Origin: Candidatus Moraniibacteriota bacterium | GTDB taxonomy: Bacteria; Patescibacteriota; Minisyncoccia; Moranbacterales; UBA2206 | Direction: 5' to 3' | Assembly: GCA_013334765.1 (NCBI GenBank) | Contig: JAAXWW010000003.1 | Location: 49,354-113,353, forward strand | DNA: 64,000 nt | In this document: one piece after another, positions 45,262-54,797 of the stretch | Layout of the letters: the number at the start of each line of letters is the position of its first letter | How positions within the stretch are numbered: position 1 is the first letter of the stretch | Notes under the pieces: generated by a model | Seen by the model: the letters and a program-made list of their open reading frames with translations, nothing else | Databases searched by the model: none | What the model was told of the DNA's origin: nothing | Translations under genes and position numbers: made by a program

Positions 45262-48200
45262 CTAATTTGCCTGAGTGTCAGCTGATGAACTGCTATCGCT
45301 GCTTGCAGAACCGGATTCAGAGCTATCGGACGCGGAATCAGTTGAACCTGAATCGCTATCCGAAGAGCTGTTTCCTGAAGTGTCAGTTGATCCGGAACCA
45401 GCCGATGAGCTTGAATCATCGCTGTCTGTGCCAGTTGCAGTTGTCGTTACTGCCCCGCTGCTATTGGGTACGTTACTGTCTACGCTACTCGGAACGTCAC
45501 TGTCATCACCTGAGCTATCCTCGGAATTATTCGAGCCATCGCTTGAAGTTGTCTTGGCGCTTTTCACTGAAATTGCCGTCCAGGAAAAATTCACATCATC
45601 ATCTTCTTTTTCTTTTATCATAATCTCAAATCCTTTGGATGTCACGTTCTTTACTTTATACTGGGTGGAAATAAAATTGTTCGGAGTGATAGTCACAATT
45701 GGCGCATTAGCATATTCTTTTTCAAATTTCACTTCCACTCCGGTGTCATCTGATTCAATGATGGCAAACCCGGCTGTATCAGAATTGAAAGTCACAATTT
45801 TGTCCGCTGTGACATTTCCAGCAAATTCCACATCATTTTTGAACACGACTTTGTCGATAAATTCAGCCAATTTCTTGAACACGGCTGGCCCCTGAAATTC
45901 CACTGAGCTCTTGAAAGTTACTCCACCGGAAACTTGCAGATCTTTCAGCTTCAAAGACAATTCCGTTCCGGTAATTTTGGCTTGCAACAGGGCTAGTTGT
46001 TCACTGATGTCGTTTAGGGCTTGTCCTTGAGCCACCAATTGAGCATCAACATCAGACAACTGCGACCCTGAAACAAAATCGAGACCTTCGATACGATTGG
46101 CTTGAATTGTATCAGCCACCACTGTTCCTTTAAAAACTGTTTTACCATCTTCCGAGGAAACAATATTTTGCGTACGCAAATCAAGCACGGTAATTTCATT
46201 AATATTAGCTTCGATTTCTCCTTGCTGATCCTGAATAGCCTTAATGGCAATAACACCAAAGCGATCGTAGGTGAGACCGTAACAATTATCCCCAGTTGAA
46301 ATATCACAAGCATCCGGGTCATCGGGAATATCAACTAGGTCTGGGAAAAGAGATAAGACATCTTGTGCAATAAAACCAAGTTCGGTTCTTGAAGATCCGA
46401 TTATATTGTACGTGACTGGATTTAATTCAAGCACCTTCTTTAAGGTCTCTGAATCTAAACTGGAAATGTTCTCTTTCCTTCTGCTATCAGAAGTAGCAGT
46501 CCAGGAAGTAGAGTCCTGAGCTAAGTAAACACCCGTATCATCACCATAATCACGAATTTTAAGTTTATCAGAATCACCGGAAGAAGAAATAATATGCCAT
46601 CTAGAAGCTCCACTGGAATTCTTAAAAATTAATTGTGGAGAGTAAGAAGCATTACCTGCCTGAATAACAAAATTTGTATCACTTGCATCATTGCCCATAA
46701 CACGCATGGTCGTCGCTCCAGCAGCACGGATATCAAGACCATAGCTAGGACTCGTCGTCCCAACCCCAACATTACCATTAGCTAAAACTGTAAGTCCCGA
46801 TCCGGCAGTGGAATTGGAAGCAATTCTGGCAATAATTCCATTAGTAGCAGCACCAGTGTTAGCAACATACAGAAGTCCGTTAGTGGAATTAAGTGAGGCA
46901 CTGCTTGAAGTAAGGCTCAGCAACCCACCAGTAGTAAGCGCATTACCGGTCATAGTGAGACCAGTTTGTGTAGTTGCCGTTGACCAATTCCAAGTTTGGG
47001 CATAATTGGTGTTATCTATAGCATTAGTATCTATTGCTGCAGCTAAAGCATCCATAGTGATACTACCTCCTGTGCTATCATAGCCAATGTTTTCAATATA
47101 GGCGCTTGGATATGGACCTGATCCTGATTGACCAATAAAAGAATATTGATTTCCACTCAAGAGAACTAATCTAACTTGGGTATCTACAGTAGGGGTGATA
47201 ACGGCGACAGCGTTATCCGCTACCGGAGCGGAATTAGATGCATTGCTACCACCATCAATTTGGCCCATTTCTCCAATATATGATGAACTGGTCGCATTGT
47301 ACCATTGCCATCTCATGTAACCACTGGTTCCAGAAAAACCAGCATATCCAACATTACCAGAAAGTCGGTATGACTTTCCGGCGGCAAGTGTAAATGTATT
47401 GTTGCTACTGCTGAAAGAAATATCCGAGCCTTGATGCGTTGCTAATGATGAATTGAATGCAACCGTGGTGCCGGCACTAAGGCTACTCTGCGAGGTGGAG
47501 GCGCGCGCTTGATAAAAATCATAAGAGTTGCTTGCAGTATCGCCACGATTATCAGCAATAATCCAGGAATTAGAACCGTCAGAACGAATAGTGACTGATT
47601 CATATTGTGAATCAAGTATAATACTATCAGTAGAAACATTTATTTTTTCACCACTATATGGTTCCACCATAACGGGATTAGTAGAGGCATCGGTCTTTAC
47701 TATCTCTATTTCTTTACCATCATTCCCAACGGCAGTAGGAAGTACTATGGATGAAGCTGTGTTAAAAGCGCTAGCTTTTATCAAATAATTCCAATCTGAA
47801 AGTATGCCTCCGCCTGAACCAAGAGTCATAACCGAGAGGGCACTGGTGCTGCTACCGCCAATAGCAGACCCGTTCCATTTTAAAGTGCCGGAATCATTGG
47901 ACAGAGCCACTCCGCCAATGTAAATTGTATTATTTGAAGCATATATTTCATTCCACTGCTTGGAAGAAGATCCTAGATTATAAGTATTGGTAGTTCCGGG
48001 CAAGATATTCCCATTTACTGTCACGTTGCCGTCTAGAACAATATTCCCTTTCAAGGTAACCGTGTCTAAGGCAGAACCAATATTTATCGTGTCGGCTGTG
48101 GTGTTATCTGTAGCAATGTTAACAGTTTTTCCGGCTGTTCCTGTAGCTATATTGACTGCGCCCGTCGAATTTGAATCAAGAGCAATGGTGCCAGTTCCAC

Positions 48201-50637
48201 CAGAAATAATAGACAAAGCTCCGGAACCGGCCAATGAGGCAACATTGGAAAGCGCACCGGAATTTATAACTAAACCATTGATCGTATCAGTTGAAGTTGC
48301 TCCAGAAATTGCTCCGCTTAAAGCGAGTGTTGTCACACCAGAAAGTGCTCCGGAATTTATAACCAAACTATTAATTGTATTTGATGAAGCCGGTGCGACA
48401 ATCGCATTGGAAAAAGTTTGTACGCCTGACCAAGTATTGGCATTGGCAAGATTAATTGATAATCCGGATGACCCGAGAGAAAGCGATGTGCCATCAAGAT
48501 TAATCATAAGCCCAGTTGAATCTTCAAGGCCGGAATTAGTTCCCAATTGAATCGCCGAACCGGAAACTTTATTGGCCGTCGCGATAGTGGCTAATTTACT
48601 GTCAGCAATTGAAGCCGAGCTGGAAATGTCCGAATTGGTTATCGTACCGTCATAAATTTTAGCGGAAGTAATGGCACTATTGGCAATAGTGAGAACTCCG
48701 GTGTTTCCAAGTGTCGCATCGCCGCTCATCGCCACCGCTGTCGCCGTACCCTCGGAATTGCCAACATAGAGATAGCCGGAAGCAAGGCTGGTTGTGAGCC
48801 CCGAAGACCAAATCACTCCATTGGATGTGCCATTGACTGTAAGAATTTTTCCGGCGTTACTGGTATAATCTGGCACATCAAGACTGGTGATACTTCCGTC
48901 GATAGCTAATTTTTCCGTGTCCAATTCATTAATTGCAGCCTGAACAGTAGTAGCAGCAATATTTCCACTCGCCGTATTGGTAATTTTAAGCGCCGTATAA
49001 TCCCCACTATCCGCCGTGATTACGCCGGTACGACCAAAAACCGAAGTGACATTATTGGAATTAGTGAGTTTTTCCCAAGAAGTTCCATTACAAATCGCCC
49101 AGTCTTTATTGCTGTATCCATTGGAAGCATCGGTTGTCGCTACCCAATAATGTCCATCAGTCCCAGAATCACAAGTTTCCGGCGTAGCTGTCGCTGAATT
49201 ATTCCAAGTTCCTTGATAATTAAGCGATCCCATAACTCCGGATAGGAAATCACTCCGACTTACCTTGAAAATGGCTGATCCGGACGTGTCATACATCGGA
49301 ATATAATCATCACTCGCTACCGCTGAAGTTCCGGTAAGACCATTGATATTCAAAGATAAAGTGAGTGCCGCCCCTTCCGATCCGGAAGATCCGCCGGTAA
49401 TTCCGGTTCCATTGGCGATAGAAGCCACATAGTTTCCAGAAGTATAAGTCCCAAGGGCAATATCACTTCCGTGCCAGACTCCCGTTCCGATTGTTCCGAG
49501 CGTGGTCAGATTAGTTGAACCAGCCCAAAGAGAAAGGGCTGTATTTTCCACATTTCCCAAACTCAAATCGGATTTCGTAAGCGTTCTATTGCTTGCAGAA
49601 GTGACTCTTCCCTTAGCATCAATCGTCAGTTGCGTAACACTGGCTCCGCTATTTCCATAAGTTCCGGCTGATACCCCGGAATTATCCAAAACAATCGCGT
49701 CGTATGTCCCAGAAACATCTCCGCCAAAATCGGTCGTAGTATAAAGACCATTGGTAACTGTTCCAGCATTGCCAGAAATATTTCCTGTTATTTTTGAGCC
49801 TGCTAAAGACGTAATCCAGCCCGGATTGGCGTATGATCCGTTCGTAAGGGCGAAATTATCATCATAACTGTCGGCAATTTTAAGTCCTGACGCCGAAGCG
49901 GTCAGGGTTACGCCATCCAAGTTCAATGAAAAAGTAGAACCTGACAAATCCAGACCGGATCCGGCGGAATAGCTCGCACCGCCGCCGTCATTGCCGCATT
50001 CCCATTCCCCGCTCGTCGCATTATATTTCGGAATCTGATCACTCGTACATGAATTTGATGCCCAATCGGAAAATGTAATTGTGCCATCAGTGATTTCAGA
50101 AGAATCGATCGATGAACCAAAGACTGAACTAGCATCCTCTCCGTCTTCCCCATCTTCCCCATCTTCCCCATCTTCTCCGTTTTTACCATCCGCTCCGGTT
50201 AATCCTTGCAATCCGCGTTCTCCTTGAATGCCTTGTGCTCCTGTTGCGCCAGTTTCCCCTGTCATTCCCCGCTCGCCTTCAATTCCCCGCGCGCCCATTT
50301 CCCCAGCTGCTCCACTCTCTCCTTCCTTTCCTTGCAAAATATCTTGCTCAGTAATAACCTTGCTCACCAGAACAATATTTCCTTGACCTTTGATAAATTC
50401 CAAAGCCCGTTTCTCAATTTCTTCATCCGCTTCCTTATCGGAAGAAACTAATTGTCCGATTTCACTTTGCAAACACTGGTCATTCCACCAAGAACTGACA
50501 GAACACCATAATTCCTGGATGAAAGATGCGTTTCCCTTTTCCGCCGCATCGACTGCATGCGGAAAAAATCCTACCAACAAAAAACAAGCGACAGAAATAA
50601 TGAAATTTTTTGTATGTTTGTTTTTTACCTCAAACAT
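45262..50637 (-). CDS. giant (1791 aa) secreted surface protein: collagen-like triple-helix region, tail-fibre-like beta repeats, peptidase-S74 intramolecular chaperone domain, acidic Ser-rich tail
   Basis: Signal peptide. About 20 G-x-y triplets (GEGESGAAGEMGARGIEGERGMTGETGATGAQGIQGERGLQGLTGADGKNGEDGEDGED). About 1000 aa of Ser/Thr/Gly/Asn-rich repeats including a tail-fibre repeat-like GSSSKQWNEIYASNNTIYIGG. RRKENISSLDSETLKKVLELNPVTYNIIGSSRTELGFIAQDV resembles the endosialidase/tail-spike chaperone domain. C-terminal 110 aa poly-Ser/Asp. Confidence 0.7.
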   Translation of the reverse strand: MFEVKNKHTKNFIISVACFLLVGFFPHAVDAAEKGNASFIQELWCSVSSWWNDQCLQSEIGQLVSSDKEADEEIEKRALEFIKGQGNIVLVSKVITEQDILQGKEGESGAAGEMGARGIEGERGMTGETGATGAQGIQGERGLQGLTGADGKNGEDGEDGEDGEDGEDASSVFGSSIDSSEITDGTITFSDWASNSCTSDQIPKYNATSGEWECGNDGGGASYSAGSGLDLSGSTFSLNLDGVTLTASASGLKIADSYDDNFALTNGSYANPGWITSLAGSKITGNISGNAGTVTNGLYTTTDFGGDVSGTYDAIVLDNSGVSAGTYGNSGASVTQLTIDAKGRVTSASNRTLTKSDLSLGNVENTALSLWAGSTNLTTLGTIGTGVWHGSDIALGTYTSGNYVASIANGTGITGGSSGSEGAALTLSLNINGLTGTSAVASDDYIPMYDTSGSAIFKVSRSDFLSGVMGSLNYQGTWNNSATATPETCDSGTDGHYWVATTDASNGYSNKDWAICNGTSWEKLTNSNNVTSVFGRTGVITADSGDYTALKITNTASGNIAATTVQAAINELDTEKLAIDGSITSLDVPDYTSNAGKILTVNGTSNGVIWSSGLTTSLASGYLYVGNSEGTATAVAMSGDATLGNTGVLTIANSAITSAKIYDGTITNSDISSSASIADSKLATIATANKVSGSAIQLGTNSGLEDSTGLMINLDGTSLSLGSSGLSINLANANTWSGVQTFSNAIVAPASSNTINSLVINSGALSGVTTLALSGAISGATSTDTINGLVINSGALSNVASLAGSGALSIISGGTGTIALDSNSTGAVNIATGTAGKTVNIATDNTTADTINIGSALDTVTLKGNIVLDGNVTVNGNILPGTTNTYNLGSSSKQWNEIYASNNTIYIGGVALSNDSGTLKWNGSAIGGSSTSALSVMTLGSGGGILSDWNYLIKASAFNTASSIVLPTAVGNDGKEIEIVKTDASTNPVMVEPYSGEKINVSTDSIILDSQYESVTIRSDGSNSWIIADNRGDTASNSYDFYQARASTSQSSLSAGTTVAFNSSLATHQGSDISFSSSNNTFTLAAGKSYRLSGNVGYAGFSGTSGYMRWQWYNATSSSYIGEMGQIDGGSNASNSAPVADNAVAVITPTVDTQVRLVLLSGNQYSFIGQSGSGPYPSAYIENIGYDSTGGSITMDALAAAIDTNAIDNTNYAQTWNWSTATTQTGLTMTGNALTTGGLLSLTSSSASLNSTNGLLYVANTGAATNGIIARIASNSTAGSGLTVLANGNVGVGTTSPSYGLDIRAAGATTMRVMGNDASDTNFVIQAGNASYSPQLIFKNSSGASRWHIISSSGDSDKLKIRDYGDDTGVYLAQDSTSWTATSDSRRKENISSLDSETLKKVLELNPVTYNIIGSSRTELGFIAQDVLSLFPDLVDIPDDPDACDISTGDNCYGLTYDRFGVIAIKAIQDQQGEIEANINEITVLDLRTQNIVSSEDGKTVFKGTVVADTIQANRIEGLDFVSGSQLSDVDAQLVAQGQALNDISEQLALLQAKITGTELSLKLKDLQVSGGVTFKSSVEFQGPAVFKKLAEFIDKVVFKNDVEFAGNVTADKIVTFNSDTAGFAIIESDDTGVEVKFEKEYANAPIVTITPNNFISTQYKVKNVTSKGFEIMIKEKEDDDVNFSWTAISVKSAKTTSSDGSNNSEDSSGDDSDVPSSVDSNVPNSSGAVTTTATGTDSDDSSSSAGSGSTDTSGNSSSDSDSGSTDSASDSSESGSASSDSSSSADTQAN

Positions 50638-50656
50638 TCCGATGTTTTTAATTTTA

Positions 50657-51061
50657 TTATTCTTTTTTGATGTTTATGATACTTTCGGTTTCCGGACGGT
50701 AGAGAGCCGCCAAACGCTCATCCGTTGTCTGATTTTCAAAATAGTACACTCGATCATTTTTTTCTGCAGCAGCAAAAAAATCCTGGTTAACCTTTATATC
50801 GTTCACGTCTTTGATATCCACAACAGCATATGGCAAGCTTTTAACGTTATAATTTTGGGAATTCAAAATTGCGACCACTTTTTCATTTTCTGCGTTCAAT
50901 CTATTTTTCGCAGACGACACTTTGCTCAGATAGTGAATATAATTCAAAAATCCGAGACCGATCAATATTCCGATAATAATAACTACACTATTCCTGTTTA
51001 TTTTTTTCATGACTTTTACGGGAATAAAAAATCCCAAATCAAAAATGATCCGGGTCTTCAA
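50657..51061 (-). CDS. membrane-anchored small protein, paralogue of 44756-45223
   Basis: N-terminal TM (SVVIIIGILIGLGFL). Conserved FFxxAExxDxVxxF...LxRPxTxxII block shared with the other copy. Confidence 0.55.
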   Translation of the reverse strand: MKTRIIFDLGFFIPVKVMKKINRNSVVIIIGILIGLGFLNYIHYLSKVSSAKNRLNAENEKVVAILNSQNYNVKSLPYAVVDIKDVNDIKVNQDFFAAAEKNDRVYYFENQTTDERLAALYRPETESIINIKKE

Positions 51062-51125
51062 GAACCTCCATTAAGTGATTGAATTATAACACGAAAAGAT
51101 TTTAAGGCAATACTGCTCTGTACTA

Positions 51126-51992
51126 TTATTTATCCACAGGCAATTTTCTCAGCCAATGCATATTTCGGAACCCGATAAAATTTCCAGCATCATCGTAAAA
51201 CGGCGTACAGTAAACCTCCTGTTCAAAAAATTCCCCGTTTTTTCCACTCACTTTATATCCAGGAACTATTCTATATGCCCTTTTCTTAGCTCGAAGCATT
51301 CTGTAATTTTTCAAATGCCAATCTTTTTCCTCGTCGAATACCAAGTCATCCACTTTCATCCCCACCAGATCTTCCGGATTTAACCCAGTGATATCTTTCA
51401 AATTCTTATCAAGATACAAAATGGTGCCATTCTCATCTGTTTCCGTAACAACATCGCAAAAATTAGCAGAATCGAATTTGGCTTCATCCAATAACTTCTT
51501 ATCGATTTCGGGAATAATATCAACGATCCTCAGAAACAATTCTCCTCCGTTGACCAATAGATGGCGATAAATGATGGAAACAGGGACGATTTCTCCGTTT
51601 CGTTTCCGACAAGACGCATCCAATCGCAGATATCTTATGCCATTAATCTTATTTATAAAAAATTCGTCAGTTTTAGCAATTGAGTCATCCGAAAATATTC
51701 TTCGTATATTTTCCTCAATCAATTCTCCGGCAGAAAATCCCAGGGCCGATTCTACTGAACTGCTAATATTTACGATTTTCCCCTTCTTGGTGGTCAGGAA
51801 ACTAACGCGATTTGGATTATGCGTGATACTCATGCCATCAATAAAATTCAGCTTATTGCACCGAGGACATTTAGCTTCCAAAAACGACCGGAAAACCAAT
51901 CCTCTAAAGAGAAGTTTTCCGCAACTGCATCGATAGTCGATCTGCACTGATGATTCCATAAAGCTAAAAAATTTATTGCTATTATAGCACAA
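51126..51992 (-). CDS. zinc-ribbon plus PAS-domain protein
   Basis: CSCGK...CPRCN N-terminal ribbon. Two PAS-like blocks (GIRYLRLDASCRKRNGEIVPVSII... and GTILYLDKNLKDITGLNPEDLVGMKVDDLV...). Confidence 0.55.
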   Translation of the reverse strand: MCYNSNKFFSFMESSVQIDYRCSCGKLLFRGLVFRSFLEAKCPRCNKLNFIDGMSITHNPNRVSFLTTKKGKIVNISSSVESALGFSAGELIEENIRRIFSDDSIAKTDEFFINKINGIRYLRLDASCRKRNGEIVPVSIIYRHLLVNGGELFLRIVDIIPEIDKKLLDEAKFDSANFCDVVTETDENGTILYLDKNLKDITGLNPEDLVGMKVDDLVFDEEKDWHLKNYRMLRAKKRAYRIVPGYKVSGKNGEFFEQEVYCTPFYDDAGNFIGFRNMHWLRKLPVDK

Positions 51993-52220
51993 TCAGCCCG
52001 CAGCAATCGATAAATAGAACAGCAAGACAAAATATCTTCTTGTTTGATTCTCATCCTTCAAGCCATTGAACGCCCCATATATATCTTTGGGAAAACAAAC
52101 GGTTCCCTTTCTGGGATTGGCGAGTTACATGCTTAGATTGAAAACGAAGGATGCAGCAAAAATGCTTAAAAAATATGCCCAGGAAACGAGTTCGTTCCAG
52201 GGAAAACAGAATATGGCAAC

Positions 52221-52245
52221 AAAAAAACACCCATCCAATGAGTGC
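52221..52245 (-). terminator. recurrent terminator motif T2 (copy 2 of 4)
   Basis: Plus strand AAAAAAACACCCATCCAATGAGTGC. Minus-strand RNA forms stem cacuca/ugggug with loop uugga plus U7. Confidence 0.6.
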
Positions 52246-52258
52246 CTTGATTTCTTAC

Positions 52259-52507
52259 AACAAGTTCGTAATTCTTTGTGATTAGTCCTGAGAATATAGA
52301 ATCGTATGCGTGAGCTGTACAAAACCCACGACTGCCTCCGCCGGTTGGCGGATTATTTGGCTCGGCTTGCCTTTGCTGTTCCCTGATTGCTCAGGGTACG
52401 ACCAGCGGGCGATATCGATATTCCTCCGCCACTTGCCACTTAAGGCAAACGGCGTTTCGTGAGTAATATTCTACGATATCACCATATCTCCCTAGAAAGG
52501 AGGTGAT
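52259..52507. repeat. direct repeat C1: orphan copy of 16S 3'-tail (12 nt) plus ITS, ~250 bp
   Basis: Aligns base-for-base with 62234-62473 (caacaag...ttcgtaattctttgtgattagtcctgagaatatagaatcgtatgcgtgagctgtacaaaacccacgactgcc ... ccgccacttgccacttaaggcaaacggcgtttcgtgagtaatattct ... tctccctagaaaggaggtgat). Diverges immediately after ggaggtgat, where it meets the stop codon of the GNAT-ANT gene. Confidence 0.85.
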
Positions 52508-52519
52508 TCGTGGGAGGAA

Positions 52520-53851
52520 TCAGAGTTTTATCCCAAATTTACTGCAAAGAGCGTCCATATCCTCGTGGTCACTATCCTTGAGTTTACGCTTTGTTCCATC
52601 GTGGGTCTTTACCAATTGTTCTGGACTTACACATCTCACTGTCTGCCCATCAATAATTCCTGAGCCTGTAAGCGAATTGCTTGAATAGCCATCCCAGTAT
52701 TCCTCCGCTATAACACTGCCCTTATCGTCAAGGCTAAAAGCGTGGATATCCAATTCGTGACCCTTGTCATCGCCCATAACCAAGTCCCACATCTTGTCTT
52801 CATCCCTTTTTATCTCATTATATCCCTTCGACTCCAGATATTCCCTCAGCTTTGTTAAGTTTTTGCGCTCAACGGCAACATCCAAATCCTCGTGACTTCT
52901 GGTTTGCTCGCCAAGAAGAGCATCTACTGCCCAGCCACCATCAATCCATATTTTAATACCCAAGTCTTCCAGCTTGGCGTATAAATCAATAACATCCTTA
53001 TCCTGCATCTCCTTTTTTACGATTTCCATCATTAGGCTTCCGCTTAGCACCCATTCTCCATTATGGAAAACTGTCCTGTCATTTGGCACTACTTTCACTT
53101 TCCTAAATCCAGCCTTCTCGTAGAGCTTTATCGCACCTTGATGAAATTCACTGGTCTCAAGCACGACCTTCTTCATTTCCAGCCTATTAAAAGCATAGCC
53201 TAGTATCAACCTTGTGACCTCCAATCCTATGCTTTTACCCCAGTAATTCTTATCTAAAATAAAGATGTTAAACTCGCATTGTTCTTTTCCCTGAAAACTA
53301 CAGAGCGAAGTATAGCCAATAAACTTATCGTCATTCGTATAAATTCTCCAAAATATCTCATCCTTTTCTTTAACCAGAAAGTTTTTAATATCCTTAGTTG
53401 TTCTAAAACCTACCATTCTTTTAGCGGAATACAGATATCCAATTATTTCCAAATCAGTGAGCCACGCCAAAAGCTGAGGATAATTTTCCTTTAAGAAATT
53501 CTTTTTCAAATTAACTTGGTTTCCTTGTAGAATCATACCATTCGCCATCCTTACTAATTCCCAATATTTTTTCTCACCAATTTCATTTTTAAATTCGGTG
53601 AGTTTAGCATCTTCAACCAGATGTTTAACAAAATCAATCTTTTTGTCTTCAGGTACAGCTTCGTGTTCTTTTTCAAGTTTGTTATACAGGTCTTCATCTG
53701 CCTTTGGAATCGGCTTGTATACAGCTCTAATCATATTTACCAAATGATTAGCAGCTTCATAAGCGACAAAATCATTCAGTTCCTCATCATACTGTTCCTT
53801 ATATAATTTTTTGAATTTTTCAATATCTTCTTTTGTGAGTGACATAGACAA
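52520..53851 (-). CDS. three-part fusion: helical N-domain, GNAT acetyltransferase, ANT(2'')/Lnu-type nucleotidyltransferase
   Basis: GNAT motif A region FILDKNYWGKSIGLEVTRLILGYAFNRLEMKKVVLETSEFHQGAIKLYEKAGF. C-terminal IWIDGGWAVDALLGEQTRSHEDLDVAV is the aminoglycoside-2''-adenylyltransferase/LinA-family NTase signature. Confidence 0.65.
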   Translation of the reverse strand: MSMSLTKEDIEKFKKLYKEQYDEELNDFVAYEAANHLVNMIRAVYKPIPKADEDLYNKLEKEHEAVPEDKKIDFVKHLVEDAKLTEFKNEIGEKKYWELVRMANGMILQGNQVNLKKNFLKENYPQLLAWLTDLEIIGYLYSAKRMVGFRTTKDIKNFLVKEKDEIFWRIYTNDDKFIGYTSLCSFQGKEQCEFNIFILDKNYWGKSIGLEVTRLILGYAFNRLEMKKVVLETSEFHQGAIKLYEKAGFRKVKVVPNDRTVFHNGEWVLSGSLMMEIVKKEMQDKDVIDLYAKLEDLGIKIWIDGGWAVDALLGEQTRSHEDLDVAVERKNLTKLREYLESKGYNEIKRDEDKMWDLVMGDDKGHELDIHAFSLDDKGSVIAEEYWDGYSSNSLTGSGIIDGQTVRCVSPEQLVKTHDGTKRKLKDSDHEDMDALCSKFGIKL

Positions 53852-53854
53852 GTT

Positions 53855-54427
53855 TTATAAGTCAGCCAACTTTTCAATACTTTGAATAACATCAGGCAAC
53901 TCCAGACAAGAGTCTTCACCCTCTATTGCACCAGAGAAATGTTTAGCGTTATGTTTTATTATAACCCCTGCTCCTAGTTTTTCTTTAAACAAGTCAGCAT
54001 ATTTCAAATCTACGTAAGGGTCATCATCTGAATGAATTACTACAAAACCGTTCTTAACTTTGCTTTTGATTTTATCCAAATCAACAGGCGTTTCAAAAAA
54101 AGTCTTGATTTCGTCATAACCGACATTTTCCGTAAATCCTGCTACAAATACGACTCCGCCAATTTTTCGATTATCATCTAGGCCTTCCAGATATCGCATA
54201 ATGGTTATACAACCCAGGCTATGCCCAATCAAATACAAATCTTCATCTGGTTCTTCCACTATTTCTTTCAACATCGGCAGCCATTCATTCAGTTTTGGTT
54301 TTTCAGTATTGGGAAAAGCAGGAACTTCGACTTTAAATCCCTTAGCTTCCAATTCTTTTTTAACCCAAGGATACCAGCAATATTCTGGATAACCCTCCCA
54401 GCAATGGATAACAATGGCTCGTTTCAT
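53855..54427 (-). CDS. alpha/beta serine hydrolase of the RBBP9/YdeN family
   Basis: AIVIHCWEGYPEYCWYPWVKKELEAKGFKVEVPAFPN...LIGHSLGCITIMRYLE. Confidence 0.7.
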   Translation of the reverse strand: MKRAIVIHCWEGYPEYCWYPWVKKELEAKGFKVEVPAFPNTEKPKLNEWLPMLKEIVEEPDEDLYLIGHSLGCITIMRYLEGLDDNRKIGGVVFVAGFTENVGYDEIKTFFETPVDLDKIKSKVKNGFVVIHSDDDPYVDLKYADLFKEKLGAGVIIKHNAKHFSGAIEGEDSCLELPDVIQSIEKLADL

Positions 54428-54442
54428 AAGTTTATAAATTAA

Positions 54443-54745
54443 TTATTCCTTTGGTTTACCCCACTGCCAGCCTGGTTTCTCTCCTTTCTTATAGGCAACA
54501 ATGATGAGAAGGATGGTCAATACAATGATTGGCAGCGCGAATGTCAAGAAATTACTTCCTGAATCGGGATTTCCTGGGATATCCTCTTCCCTGGCAAGCG
54601 CGAGACTCAGGATGAGCAAGACGTAGAGAAATATGACGCACCACCCCTGCCATTTCGCTGGCGTCCATCCCCAGCCGTAGAGTTTCCGCTTGAACCAATA
54701 GCCTTTCGGATTGTCTTTTAAGTATTCGACGTATTCTTTGATCAT
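54443..54745 (-). CDS. small membrane protein
   Basis: 100 aa, two TM helices. Confidence 0.4.
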   Translation of the reverse strand: MIKEYVEYLKDNPKGYWFKRKLYGWGWTPAKWQGWCVIFLYVLLILSLALAREEDIPGNPDSGSNFLTFALPIIVLTILLIIVAYKKGEKPGWQWGKPKE

Positions 54746-54797
54746 TTCCTTGTTCCAATCTTATCGAAACATTCAAATTATTTTATTCACTATCAAA

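Noticed and set aside
50150-50200. Short tandem repeat (ccccatcttc ×4) that could be mistaken for a CRISPR or minisatellite
   Set aside because: It encodes the GEDGEDGED part of the collagen-like region inside the giant ORF. No CRISPR-like repeat-spacer array exists anywhere in the window.
51993-52220. 23S rRNA or other rRNA downstream of the orphan ITS copy
   Set aside because: No 23S 5'-end or other rRNA signature in the 12 kb downstream. The copy is an orphan spacer, not part of a second intact operon.
52503-52688. Plus-strand 61-aa ORF preceded by a perfect Shine-Dalgarno AAAGGAGGTGA
   Set aside because: The SD-like sequence is simply the complement of the copied 16S 3' tail. The ORF is antisense to the GNAT-ANT gene.
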